Assembly: GCF_006345805.1 (NCBI RefSeq)
Contig: NC_043002.1
Coordinates: 93,310,001-93,374,000, forward strand
Direction of reading: 5' to 3'
Length of the DNA: 64,000 nucleotides
Origin: Octopus sinensis
Lineage: Eukaryota
The notes under the pieces were generated by a model that ran no database searches, had not been told where the DNA came from, and worked only from the letters and a program-made list of their open reading frames with translations. Both the position numbers and the translations under genes were made by a program. The first letter of the stretch is position 1, and every line of letters begins with the position of its first letter. Positions 51,184 through 62,625 of the stretch are shown here, one piece after another.

Positions 51184-51727
51184 TGCCATGCTTGCACCTA
51201 GTGATTCTGAAAACAAAGATGTATGATAGTGCTATTATGAAAAGCTACCAAATCTCCTTCATCTCCCCTCTGCATCCAACTCATTCCCTATCTCTTATCA
51301 CCAGTCACACTTTTCTCTCTCAGAGTACTTCCCTACACATCCTTTACTGCTCCTCTATCCTATTGTCTCATATTCACCTTGTTCCTTGACCTAACATCTC
51401 TGTCTTGGGATGGGTGAGCCATGTATTCACCTCTTCAGCAAAATTCCTGCTCCTGCCCCTCTATCTTAGTTTCTTATCTTGCCATTCTATACCCTGCTCA
51501 GTTCAGGGCTTTTGTATTGAGTACTTGGTGACCTCACCAGTGCTTGTATCACAAAAAAACACCCAGTACACTCTGTAAAGTGATTGGCATTAGGAAGGGC
51601 ATCCACCTGTAGAAACCAAGCCAAAACAGGCATTAGAATTTGGTGCTGCCTTCTGATTCATTAGTTCCTGTCAAACTGTCCAACTCATGACAGCATGGAG
51701 GAAAGGAACATTAAATGATGATGATGA

Positions 51728-51761
<34 letters not shown>

Positions 51762-52154
51762 TCCTACTCCTCGCCATGGCTATGCATACTTAAGCTAGTA
51801 ACCTGCCTCATTCTTGATTCCGAATTCCTTTTGCCAAGTCTGTCCATAAACGAAGTGATCCCAAGATAAGAAATCTTTGAACTTTAATTCATCCGTATCT
51901 CTATTTATTATTATTATTTATTAATTATTATTATTCTGATCCCCCTAGTCGCCACTCTGTTTACTATTTCAGCCTCGCCTCGTTTTTGCATATTCTGTAT
52001 AATTCACTAGTTATCGTTATAGATATTAAGATCTATCTCCCTTACAGGGCTGATTAGAAATTGGCTGCCGATTCTTCGCGGCGCGCCCGCCCTACCCACC
52101 CCCACCACCAATACCGGATATCTCTATTTTGCTCCAACTATACCGGATGTCGTT

Positions 52155-52790
52155 TCTCCCACCACCATTATAGGTGTCTACTCTTTGAACCCCCCTCTTC
52201 AATACGCTATTTCACCATGCATTACCCCTCTCTCGATATCCTACGTTCTACTTGCCTAGAACCTGTCCTCTGAACCACCCCTCCCACTGGTGCTCCCCTA
52301 TATTTCTGCACCCTCCCCACCACCATTATAGGTGTCTACTCTTTGAACCCCCCTCTTCAATACGCTATTTCACCATGCATTACCCCTCTCTCGATATCCT
52401 ACGTTCTACTTGCCTAGAACCTGTCCTCTGAACCACCCCTCCCACTGGTGCTCCCCTATATTTCTGCACCCCCCCACCACCATTATAGGTGTCTACTCTT
52501 TGAACCCCCCTCTTCAATACGCTATTCACCATGCATTACCCCTCTCTCGATATCCTACGTTCTACTTGCCTAGAACCTGTCCTCTGAACCACCCCTCCCA
52601 CTGGTGCTCCCCTATATTTCTGCACCCCCCCACCACCATTATAGGTGTCTACTCTTTGAACCCCCCTCTTCAATATGCTATTTCACCATGCATTACCCCT
52701 CTCTCGATATCCTACGTTCTACTTGCCTAGAACCTGTCCTCTGAACCACCCCTCCCACTGGTGCTCCCCTATATTTCTGCACCCCCCCCA
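52155..52790. repeat. Satellite-like tandem array of four near-identical 156-158-bp units
   Basis: caccattataggtg at 52163, 52321, 52478 and 52634; strongly pyrimidine-rich plus strand. Confidence 0.95.
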
Positions 52791-53033
52791 TAAAAAAAAG
52801 CACCATCCGAACGTGGCCGATGCCAGACCCCTCTGGCACCTGTGCAGGTGGCACGTAAAAAACACCCACTACACTCGCGGAGTGGTTGGCGTTAGGAAGG
52901 GCATCCAGCTGTAGAAACACTGCCAGACTAGACTGGAGCCTGGGGCAGTCCCGAGCTCCCCAGACCCCGGTCGAAACCGTCCAACCCGTGCTAGCGCGGA
53001 AAACGGACGTTAAACGATGATGATGATGATGAT
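52791..53033 (+). mobile_element. Family A copy fused directly to the 157-bp array
   Basis: aaaaagcaccatccgaacgtggcc .. ccgtgctagcgcggaaaacggacgttaaac(gat)n. Confidence 0.9.
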
Positions 53034-53044
53034 ATATACATACA

Positions 53045-53212
53045 GACACACACACACAGTGGGCTTCTTTCAATTTCCATCTACCAAATCCACTCGCAAG
53101 GCTTTGGTCAAGGCTTTGGGTTATAGTAAAAGACACTTGCCCAAGGTGCTGTGCTGTAGGACTGAACCCAAGACCACATGATTGGGAAGCAAACTTCTCA
53201 ACCACACAGACA
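53045..53212 (-). mobile_element. SINE family B head
   Basis: gggcttctttcaatttccatctaccaaatccactcgcaaggc..gacacttgcccaagg..accacacagac. Confidence 0.75.
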
Positions 53213-53711
53213 TGAATGAACCTATGTGTCTATTATTTGGGCTCCTTTCTGTTTAGATATAATCAAGCTTTTCACATTGTTTGGCATTTGCATGCTGGAT
53301 CCTGAAAGTTATTCATGAATAACCCTATGAATGACACTACTATATATATTTTACAATATTTGTTTATATAATCCACTGACTGACTTATATATGTGAGTAT
53401 GTGTTTTATAACAACACTCTGCTGGTCATAAATCTTGTGACAACCCAATTGGCCCCATGCCATCTGGCATGTTGCTAGCTGTAAATAATTTCTAAGTAAG
53501 CCTGATGACAACTTTAAACTTTTTTTTTGTAAAAGGTACCGTTAGAGGAATTAATCTGTATTAGACTAGTTTGTTGTAGCCAGTCAGTCTATTGTGACTC
53601 TCAGGTTGTGTTCTATATTGCAAATCATACTGTTGGTCAATAAGTACAACGATTGAAATTACTCTACAAGATGTTTGATTCATGACCACCACCACCACAA
53701 CACCTATCACC

Positions 53712-53927
53712 TATTTCTTTACTACCCACAAGGGGCTAAACACAGAGGGGACAGACAAATGGATTAAGTCGATTACATCGACCCCAGTGCGTAACTGGTA
53801 CTTAATTTATCGACCCCGAAAGGATGAAAGGCAAAGTCGACCTCGGTGGAATTTGAACTCACAATGTAACGGCAGCCGAAATACCGCTAAGCATTTCGCC
53901 CGACGTGCTAACGTTTCTGCCAGCTTG
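53712..53927 (-). mobile_element. SINE family C, tail C1, with TSD
   Basis: TSD cctatcacc at 53703-53711 and 53928-53936. Confidence 0.9.
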
Positions 53928-54673
53928 CCTATCACCATCCTCTGCAACCCCCTATCACTGTTTTAACAATAATTTGTTTCTTTTTTTGAAATGTCAGCAT
54001 GGGTTGGATATGTCTATGAAACAGTCTCTCTGTATCCATTACTATTCATTATGGGCTGTCTTTTATAAATTTCCATCACAACTTGTGGTTTCAAGATTGA
54101 TTCAACTGCATGATAGCTTGAGAAATCATATCTTTGGATTGACCAAAGCTTTTTCAGTGAAATGTGTTAGACAAAAAACATGTGAAAGTCTACTGGAGAG
54201 ACTCTTCATCTTTCTGGATAATATATTTTATCTTTCACATAGTTTAACAATGTTATCTAACCCATATGGGTACCTTTAGCAGACTTCATACTGTTGCAAA
54301 CAGGTTTTCTGTCTGAAGATAACTTTCTCCCATCCTCCCACCAATTCTGGAGCTTCTAAAAAGACCAAGGGTTTTACATTGAAATGGAGAGAGAGAGAGA
54401 GAGCTGATATAAATAACAGAAGTAACAGTCCATCATTACATTGTTCTTGAATTGTAGCAATGAATTTTGTAGAGATGATAACTAAAACAAACTAAGTGCT
54501 TAATGTCATTCTTTCTCATAATTCACTGTTTTGACTTTAAAATGCTCTGAGATTAACTTTATCAGTTGTTGTTTAGATACATATACATTTTGATCTAGGA
54601 GATCTATGACCAAAGACATACCAGCCATAACCATCCTATCTTTTTCTAGGACTACGTTTTTTTTATTGTTTAG

Positions 54674-55800
54674 TCAGAGAGAAATAGCAGTGCCTGTAGC
54701 CCTTTACAGAATCTCTGAGACTGGTGTGAGGCAAACAGCTGAGTTTGCAACAAACTCAGCTGTAACTGTTGAAATCCTATCAACTGCCCATTGGGAAGAT
54801 CCTGCCTTTCAAAGGCAGATGGCATCACAAGACATAACACAGGTATGATGGCCAATAATTTTAAGGGAAGATATACACAGCATATGTAGCCTTTTAGGTG
54901 TAGAGATAACGAAAACACCATTTCCTTGTCCTGCTTCACCTGAAGATGCTATGAACATTGAAACAATTTCTCCACTTCAGATGGAATATCATTGACAGGG
55001 ACCCTTCTGTACCCACCTAGAGCTTACAATTGCTAATTCTGTCTTGCAAGAAATTGTGGATCTTTTCGGTTTGAACGGCAGTTTTTTCTAGCCGTGTCAT
55101 ATGAAATTGTCACCCATAATTATGACCCTAGTATCGATCTATTGCATTTCAATCTCTTTTAGGGGTGGGGGGGAAGGTATCTTTTTTTCTTCACAAATGT
55201 AAATAAACCCAATCTGTTTCTTAAATGAGGGACATATTCATACGGCACAGAATGTTTTTTTTTACCTCAATAGACGTATTTGATTGGTTGAAATTGCAGA
55301 AATTGAAGAAAAAAAAACAACAAATATCTTACAAACTATAGAATTTTCTCAATAAAGCCAAGAGAAAAAGATGTTTTATAAACACATTCTACCAGTATAT
55401 GAAGTTTAAAATTTTTTAGTTACCTAGAAATTATGTAAAAAACTGCCGTTCAAACCAAAAAGATCCGAAATTGCACATAGTCCACCAATTTGCAGTTGAT
55501 AGAGTATGTGCAGGAAGAATGAGCCTATTATCAGGAAGAACTATCTTATCATTGCCACCAGGGATATGTACTGTTAATGAATTTCAAGTCACTGATACCT
55601 GACAATCCAGGTGTATCACATTACCCCTCACTGTCTACTACACACAAGGGTAGGACATTTAATCCTGGCCACCTATATAAACTACAACCTACTCATGTTG
55701 GTTCTGCAAACTCAGTTCTAACCCAATACCATCATATTTGGTAATTCCCTTGTATAGAAAGCCACTGCTAATCTGTTCACACTCCAGTGAATGATGACTG
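54674..55800 (+). pseudogene. Probable decayed Ty3/Gypsy integrase, interrupted by a MITE
   Basis: EILSTAHWEDPAFQRQMASQDITQV*WP resembles L..LHEGHPGI.RMK.LAR..VWWP; later YH*QGPF (cf. HIDFAGPF) and LIPDN (cf. IVSDNG) appear in the expected order. Confidence 0.45.
55058..55466. mobile_element. GGATC-family MITE
   Basis: TIRs as above; TSD gaaattgt / gaaattgc (7 of 8). Confidence 0.9.
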
Positions 55801-57369
55801 AGCTACTGACTCACACAAACATCCCACCCTACAGTATACCCTATTCCATGGTCAGCTACCAATATAGCACCATAATCTGACCAACATTCTGTTTGAAATT
55901 GTAGGACTGAAAACAAAAAATGGTTGGTGTCCCTTTCATAGTATGAATACCACATGACCCAAGTTGACCTATAGAAGCTTAATGCTGAGAAGCCCTCTTG
56001 AATTTGTTGCAAAACTCTTGCAAAACTTCTAACATCTAATGAGATAAGCACATCCTACATGCTCATGAAATGTTAAGTCATGTGGAGGTGTGTCAAACTC
56101 TTATTAAAAAGATATATGTAATACCTACCAAATGTGATAAAGGTTTTTTTTTTTTTCATGTGTTCACTCCTCTGTCTGTCTGTCACCTTCATAATACCAA
56201 GAAACTGTATAAACATCTCAAACAACTTTTGCTACAAATGTAAAATATTAAGACTATTGACAAAAAATATTTATGATAAAATTCTAATTGATAAATATAA
56301 ATTTTTATTGAAACAAAACATACAGGTGAAGTAAATTTCGTGGTGTGAAGAATTAATACAACATGCAGGCAAAACCCAACACAATGTACGCAAACAAGCT
56401 ACTAATGTCTCACTGTCTTTTGATTGGCTAAAATTACCCGAATTTCCCAACTTTAATTCCAAATAACATCAGATTCTTTAATTTACAAGATAAAGTAACT
56501 GGTTGATCGTTATCAAAATTCAAAGTTGCATTAATACACCAAAATTGTTAGCAATCTGAGCAAAATTAAAGGGGGATCATTTTGCAAATGAAAAAGACTA
56601 GATCCCCACACAGCCACTCCTGTGCCTGATATATATATATATATATATATTGTTTATGCCATTATTGTGCATTGATTTTCTTTTTTATGCTATGATGCAT
56701 CATATATTTTGATATTGTGCATGATGTTAGAACCTTTCTACTGCTGGATGTCCTTGAAACTGATAGTCACTCATCCATGAAGCAAGAACTAGCATCAATA
56801 ATTTAGGCAAATTGAAGCACATTGTATAAACTGCTTTTTACAGGGACACAGCACAACACTTTATAGTAGTAGTAGTAGTGGTAGTTGTGTTGGTGGTGAT
56901 AGGGCTTGAAACTCTGATCTTGTGTTCAATATTCCATCACTTTTACTTCACTTGTGTTAAGCTTTTGTTGAGTTATTCTGTGATACAAACACACCTACCT
57001 GGTAAGGGTACCATCACTTATTCACAGTATACGACAGTTATCGTTGATGTGTACTTTTATGTGTGTGTCACTAACACTTGATAAGGGTTTATAATAATAT
57101 TTGTCTTTTCTTTTTCTTTAACGGCCTAATACCTTTTCTCATTGATGGTATGTTACAATCAGATACATTATTTTCTGCCCATTAACATATGAAAAGAAGA
57201 TCCATTGTTATGTTTTGGAAATATCTCATTTCTTGACTGCTTGTATAGGTCCTGAACATGTTTGTAATGACCTAGAAGTGGAGAGAGTGAAAAGAGAAGA
57301 ATAAAAAACACTGTCTTCTTGGCAAGCACCCGTACTTAAAAATCCTCAATGCTATTTTTAGTACCTTTT

Positions 57370-57545
57370 TTACAGCTTGAATTACTCTCATGAATGATTC
57401 GTCCACGCCCAGTTTTCTTCACTCCCATCATATGTAGGAATGTAGGTAATCTATCAAAACATTCCTCAAAGTTAACAAATGCAAAGAAGGTTTTTGTTTG
57501 TTACAAATACTTTTCTTGTATCTGTTTGACCACGCAGAACCATGT
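57370..57545 (-). pseudogene. Decayed RTE reverse transcriptase fragment
   Basis: Minus strand VVKQIQEKYL*QTKTFFAFVNFEECFDRLP..(K)LGVDE resembles RQLQEKY...AFVDLEKAFDRVP..KLGVDE. Confidence 0.65.
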
Positions 57546-57885
57546 CTTTGATGTAAACTCAAACAGTTTCAACTCTATCCGCAAAGAATCTATTCTGTTA
57601 CACTGTTACTACATATGACCACAGGCATGTGGTTGGTGATAGTGGTTAAGAAGATTACTTCTAAACCATGGAGTTCAATCCTGTTGTGTGGTTCTTTGAA
57701 CAAATATCTTCTCCCATAATCTTGAGTTTGTGAGTGAAATTTACTAGATGGAAACTGTACAGAAGCCTGGCCTGTCATGTGTGTGTGTTTGTGATTTATG
57801 CCATGTTACTTTATGTCCCATAATGTAGCTTTTCAACAAACAGGGATTGATAAAATAAGTATTTGACTGAAGTATCAACTAAATT

Positions 57886-58102
57886 AAGGTGGTGAGCTGG
57901 CAGAATCATTAGCACACTGGGCAAAACGCTTAGTAGCATTTCATCTGTCTTCATGTTTTGAGTTCAAATTCCACCAAGGTTGACTTTGTCTTTCATCCTT
58001 TTGGGGTTGATAAAATAAGTAGCAGTTGAGTATTGGAGCTAATGTAATTGACTTACCCCCTCTCCCAAAACTGCTAGCCTTGTGCCAAAATTTGTAACCA
58101 AT
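57886..58102 (+). mobile_element. SINE family C, tail C2
   Basis: aaggtggtgagctggcagaatcattagc .. ccttgtgccaaaatttgtaaccaat. Confidence 0.85.
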
Positions 58103-58185
58103 ATGATCAAATAAATTCTTGAATGTGATGTCTGTGGATGGTTACAGTCCTATGACTGAAATTAGTTAAAAGAGAAAAGTATATA

Positions 58186-58470
58186 ACAATTGCCACATGG
58201 AAGGTGTTTATAAGCCATTTAAGAAACACACGAAAACCGTTAGATTCACTTCAACATTTAAATTTAATTTGTCAAAATATTTTCGTCGCTTTGAGACTGC
58301 GACCTGTTCACTGACAAAACTCCGTGCTGCACGAAGTTTTGTCTGTGAACAGGTCGCGGTCTCAAAGCGATGAAAATATTTTGACAAATTAAATTTAAAT
58401 GTTGAAGTGAATCTAACGGTTGTTGTGTGTGTCTTAAATGGCTTATAAACACCTTCCATGCTGCAATTGT
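58186..58470. repeat. Long near-perfect inverted repeat (foldback element)
   Basis: catggaaggtgtttataagccatttaag..gacaaaact [ccgtgctgcacga] agttttgtc..cttaaatggcttataaacaccttccatg; arms about 135 bp. Confidence 0.95.
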
Positions 58471-58479
58471 TTTTGTAAA

Positions 58480-58610
58480 TATATGTTTTTCTCAAAAATG
58501 CTAAGAGTAAACGATGTTTTATATGACACATTCTACCAGTATACGAAGTTTGAAAGTGTTTATTTACAAAAAATTATTTTTAAAATCTGCCGATCAAAAG
58601 GTAAAGATCC
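58480..58610. mobile_element. Degenerate right end of a GGATC-family MITE
   Basis: gatgttttatatgacacattctaccagtatacgaagttt .. aaagatcc. Confidence 0.6.
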
Positions 58611-58769
58611 AATATATATTATTTAATGCTGCTTTGTGTTTGTAGTTGATGATGTGAAAGAATGCAGGAATGCATGTGGCCTATAATCCAGTGGTATCAT
58701 TCACAGCTCAGTATGTGTTTTTATACATTTCTAGGAATAGAATTTTCTACTGCCTGAAGAGGATTGGCG

Positions 58770-59225
58770 TGCAAGAGTCCTGTGCTGGTACTACATAAAA
58801 GTGCTCATGCCACTGCCATATTCAAAGTACGCAGCACACACTATAAAGTGGCTGGTGTTAGGAAGGGTATCCAGCTGTAGAAACTAAGACAAATCATACT
58901 GGAACCTGGTGCAGCTCTTCAGCTTATCAGCTCTGATCAAACCATCGAACCCATGCCAGCATGGAAAACAGACGTTAACCCTTTCGTTACCGTATTTATT
59001 TTGAGATGCTCTGTGTTTCTTTCAATTATTTTAGATGTAACAAAGAATTTAGTAAAATAACTTTATTATCATTAAGCTAGTATTAGGAACATAAATTGTG
59101 ACTAAAATTTGGTGGAAGATTTTAATTCAAAATTTATGAAAACAAGACATTTGTACTGCAGAGCCAGAGCCAGTTTTAGCCGGGTTGGTAACGAAAGGGT
59201 TAAAGGATGATGTTAATGATGATGA
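58770..59225 (+). mobile_element. Old family A copy with a piggyBac-like MITE (58979-59199) inserted in its gacgTTAA tail
   Basis: TTAA|ccctttcgttacc .. ggtaacgaaaggg|TTAA splits gacgttaa from aggatgatg. Confidence 0.85.
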
Positions 59226-59365
59226 TGGTCTTCTCATGTCAGATTGCACTTAGATGTGATAGATCTGACTTTACATGAGTATATTTTATTTCACTCTTCT
59301 TTGTGTGACTAATTTATTCAAAGCTGATAATGTTCATTTTGATCCACTACAAGTTGATTGGCAGC

Positions 59366-59965
59366 ATGTACACAGAAGAATTCAAGGTAGAGGTTGGGGT
59401 CCACCAGGGTTCAGTACTCAGCCCCCTCCTATTTATCATAGCCCTCCAGGCAATTGTGGAGGAATTCAAGACAGGTTGCCCCTGGGAGCTCCTCTATGCT
59501 GACGACCTCGCTCTAATCGCTGAGTCACTATCAGAACTGGAGGAGAAGTTCCAGGTGTGGAAGGAGGGTTTAGAATCGAGGGGCCTTAGAGTCAACCTAG
59601 CTAAAACCAAAGTACTAATAAGTAGAAAGTTAGAAAATCCACAAATATCCTCAGGAAGATGGCCCTGCTCGATCTGTAGAAAAGGTGTAGTTAGAAACTC
59701 TATAAGATGTACCCAGTGTAAGCTATGGACACATAAGAGGTGCAGCAATGTCAAAGGTAGGCTAACTGGGAAGATAGTTTTTGTATGTGGCAGATGCTCT
59801 GGAGCATTGACCTCCGAAAATCTGCAGAAAACAACTTCCGTCACTTTCCGGGGGGAAAAACTAGAAGTAGTTGATAGCTTCCGCTATCTAGGTGACCAAG
59901 TCAGTAGTGGGGGCGGGTGCGCTGAAAGTGTAACTGCTAGAATAAGAATAGCCTGGGCAAAGTTA
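59366..59965 (+). pseudogene. RTE reverse transcriptase fragment with a PHD-like C4HC3 insertion
   Basis: Open frame within ORF 59330-59989; CSIC..CTQC..HKRC..CGRC lies between YADD and FRYLG. Confidence 0.85.
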
Positions 59966-61407
59966 GGGAGCTCTTACCTCTGCTGGTGACTAAAGGCCTC
60001 TCGCTCAGAGTAAAAGGCAGACTGTATGATGCATGTGTACGAACAGCTATGCTACATGGCAAGAGTTGGCAGCATGTACACAGAAGAATTCAAGGTAGAG
60101 GTTGGGGTCCACCAGGGTTCAGTACTCAGCCCCCCTATTATCATAGCCCTCCAGGCAATTGTGGAGGAATCAAGACAGGTTGCCCCTGGGAGCTCCTCTA
60201 TGCTGACGACCTCGCTTAATCGCTGAGTCAATCAGAACTGGAGGAGAAGTCCAGGTGTGGAAGGAGGGTTAGAATCGAGGGGCCTTAGAGTCAACCTAGC
60301 TAAAACCAAAGTACTAATAAGTAGAAAGTTAGAAAATCCACAAAATCCTCAGGAAGATGGCCCTGCTCGATCTGTAGAAAAGGTGTAGGTAGAAACTCTA
60401 TAAGATGTACCCGTGTAAGCTATGGACACATAAGAGGTGCAGCAATGTAAGGTAGGCTAACTGGGAAGATAGTTTTTGTATGTGGCAGATGCTCTGGAGC
60501 ATTGACCTCCGAAAATCTGCAGAAAACAACTTCCGTCACTTTCTGGGGGGAAAAACTAGAAGTAGTTGATAGCTTCCGCTATCTAGGTGACCAAGTCAGT
60601 AGTGGGGGCGGGTGCGCTGAAAGTGTAACTGCTAGAATAAGAATAGCCTGGGCAAAGTTTAGGGAGCTCTTACCTCTGCTGGTGACTAAAGGCCTCTCGC
60701 TCAGAGTAAAAGGCAGACTGTATGATGCATGTGTATGAACAGCTATGCTACATGGCAGTGAAACATGGGCTGTGACTGCTGAGGACATGCGTAAGCTTGT
60801 GAGGAACGAAGCCAGTATGCTCCGATGGATGTGTAATGTCAGTGTACTTACTCGACAGAGCGTTAGTACCTTGAGAGAAATGTTGTACCTAAGAAGCATC
60901 AGTTGTTGTGTGCAAGAGAGACGATTGCGCTGGTATGGTCATGTGGCGAGAATGGATGAAGATAGGTGTGTGAGAAAGTGCCAATCCCTAGCAGTTGAGG
61001 GAACCCGTGGAAGAGGTAGACCCAGGAAAACCTGGGACGAAGTGGTGAAGCACGACCTTCGGACGTTAGGTCTCACATGGAAATGACTAGAGACCGAGAC
61101 CTATGGAAGTATGCTGTGCGTGAGAAGACCCGGCAAGACTAGTGAAGCCATAATCCGTGGCCCCTACCTGGGACGTAGTCAGTCCACCTGTGCATACCTT
61201 CCTTCTTGTGACACTTGTGAAGACCTGTTGAGGCAAGTGAGAATCGAATCAAATCAAATCAAATCAAATCGAACCAAATCAAAATAGATGAACATCAATG
61301 GAATTTGTATCCTTGTGGTACCAGTGCCGGTGGCACATAAGAAAACCATCCGAACGTGATCGTAGCCAGTACCGCAATGACTGGCCTCCATGCTGAGGGC
61401 ACATAAC

Positions 61408-61724
61408 AAACACCATCTGAGCGTGGCCGTCCGCCAGCCCCGTCTGGCACCTGTGTCGGTGACACATAAGAAAACACCATCCGAGCGTGGCCGTCAGCCA
61501 GCCTCGTCTGGCACCTGTGTCGGTGGCACATAAAAAACACCATCCGAGCGTGGCCGTCCGCCAGCCCCGTCTGGCACCTGTGTCGGTGACACATAAGAAA
61601 ACACCATCCGAGCGTGGCCGTCAGCCAGCCTCGTCTGGCACCTGTGTCGGTGGCACATAAAAAACACCATCCGAGCGTGGCCGTCTGCCAGCCTCGTCTG
61701 GCACCTGTGTCGGTGGCACATAAA
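61408..61724 (+). repeat. 63-64-bp minisatellite in the LINE 3' UTR (A-B-A-B-B')
   Basis: aaacaccatc at 61408, 61472, 61535, 61599 and 61662. Confidence 0.95.
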
Positions 61725-62324
61725 ATCACCCACTACACTCTCGGAGTGGTTGGCGTTAGGAAGGGCATCCAGCTGTAGAAACACTGCCAGATCTGACTGG
61801 CCTGGTGCAGCCTTCGGGCTTGCCAGACCCCAGTTGAACCGTCCAACCCATGCTAGCATGGAAAGCGGACGTTAAACGATGATGATGATGATGATGATGA
61901 AGGAGGGGAGTACAGAGGGATGATGATCTGGGAAAGAAGGATTGGGTTAATGAGTAGTGTAGATTGTGGAGTAGGGAAGGAACAGATACAATATGAGTAG
62001 CAAGAGGAGGAGGAGAGATGAGTAAGTTTTAACAGTCTTTCTTAGTCAGTGATTCTTAAACTGAGTGGTAACATAAGTCCCTTGGAGGCATTGTAAGCTC
62101 AGAGGACAGCGGGTGTCAAGGAGGCATTGTAGTTGGTGAGCGGCGGGGGGGGGGGGGGAGTACCATATGTTGAGAGAGTTTTATTTTCCTAGAAATAAAA
62201 TATGCAAACAGTACTTATATTTTAAATATATTTCAAAAAAAAAAAAAGCTGGAATTAAAATATGAGTAGGACATTGTATTTCCTCTTAGAGCAGAATCAT
62301 GACTAATGATGTACCAAGGTCAAA

Positions 62325-62547
62325 TCATCGTCATCATCATCATCATTTAACGTCCGCTTTCTATGCTAGCATGGGTTGGACGATTTGACTGAGGGCTGGC
62401 AAGCCAGATGGCTGCACCAGGCTCCAATCTTGATCTGGCAGAGTTTCTACAGCTGGATGCCCTTCCTAACGCCAACCACTCCGAGAGTGAAGTGGGTGCT
62501 TTTTACGTGCCACCGCACGGGGATGCTCTTCCTAACGCCAACCACAT
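62325..62547 (-). mobile_element. Family A copy
   Basis: (cat)n-ttaacgtccgctttctatgctagcatgggttggacg..cccttcctaacgccaaccac. Confidence 0.9.
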
Positions 62548-62625
62548 AATATGATTATATAAGTCCTTGTGTTCTTTAGTGATGTCCACAAGAATTTAAC
62601 TTATAGGTACTAATCCTCACAGATA

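Larger units (their letters stand above)
59360..61899 (+). mobile_element. 5'-truncated RTE-clade LINE (RT C-terminal half plus 3' UTR) with an about 708-bp duplication
   Basis: GVHQGSVLSPLLF, LYADDL, GLRVNLAKTK, FRYLG, MLHGSETW, LRWYGHV, GRGRPRKTW motifs; (gat)n tail. Confidence 0.95.

Noticed and set aside
57538-57618. Plus-strand terminal exon candidate after a strong acceptor
   Set aside because: The acceptor lies in the antisense strand of a decayed RTE RT fragment.
59986-60226. Separate short RT ORFs suggesting a second LINE or programmed frameshifting
   Set aside because: They are explained by the deletion-ridden duplicate copy, which is probably an assembly error.
61408-61724. CRISPR-like repeat-spacer look of the 63-64-bp modules (also 6560-6790 and 24318-24655)
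   Set aside because: The spacers are homologous to one another, the context is a eukaryotic transposon UTR, and there are no cas-like ORFs. These are minisatellites.
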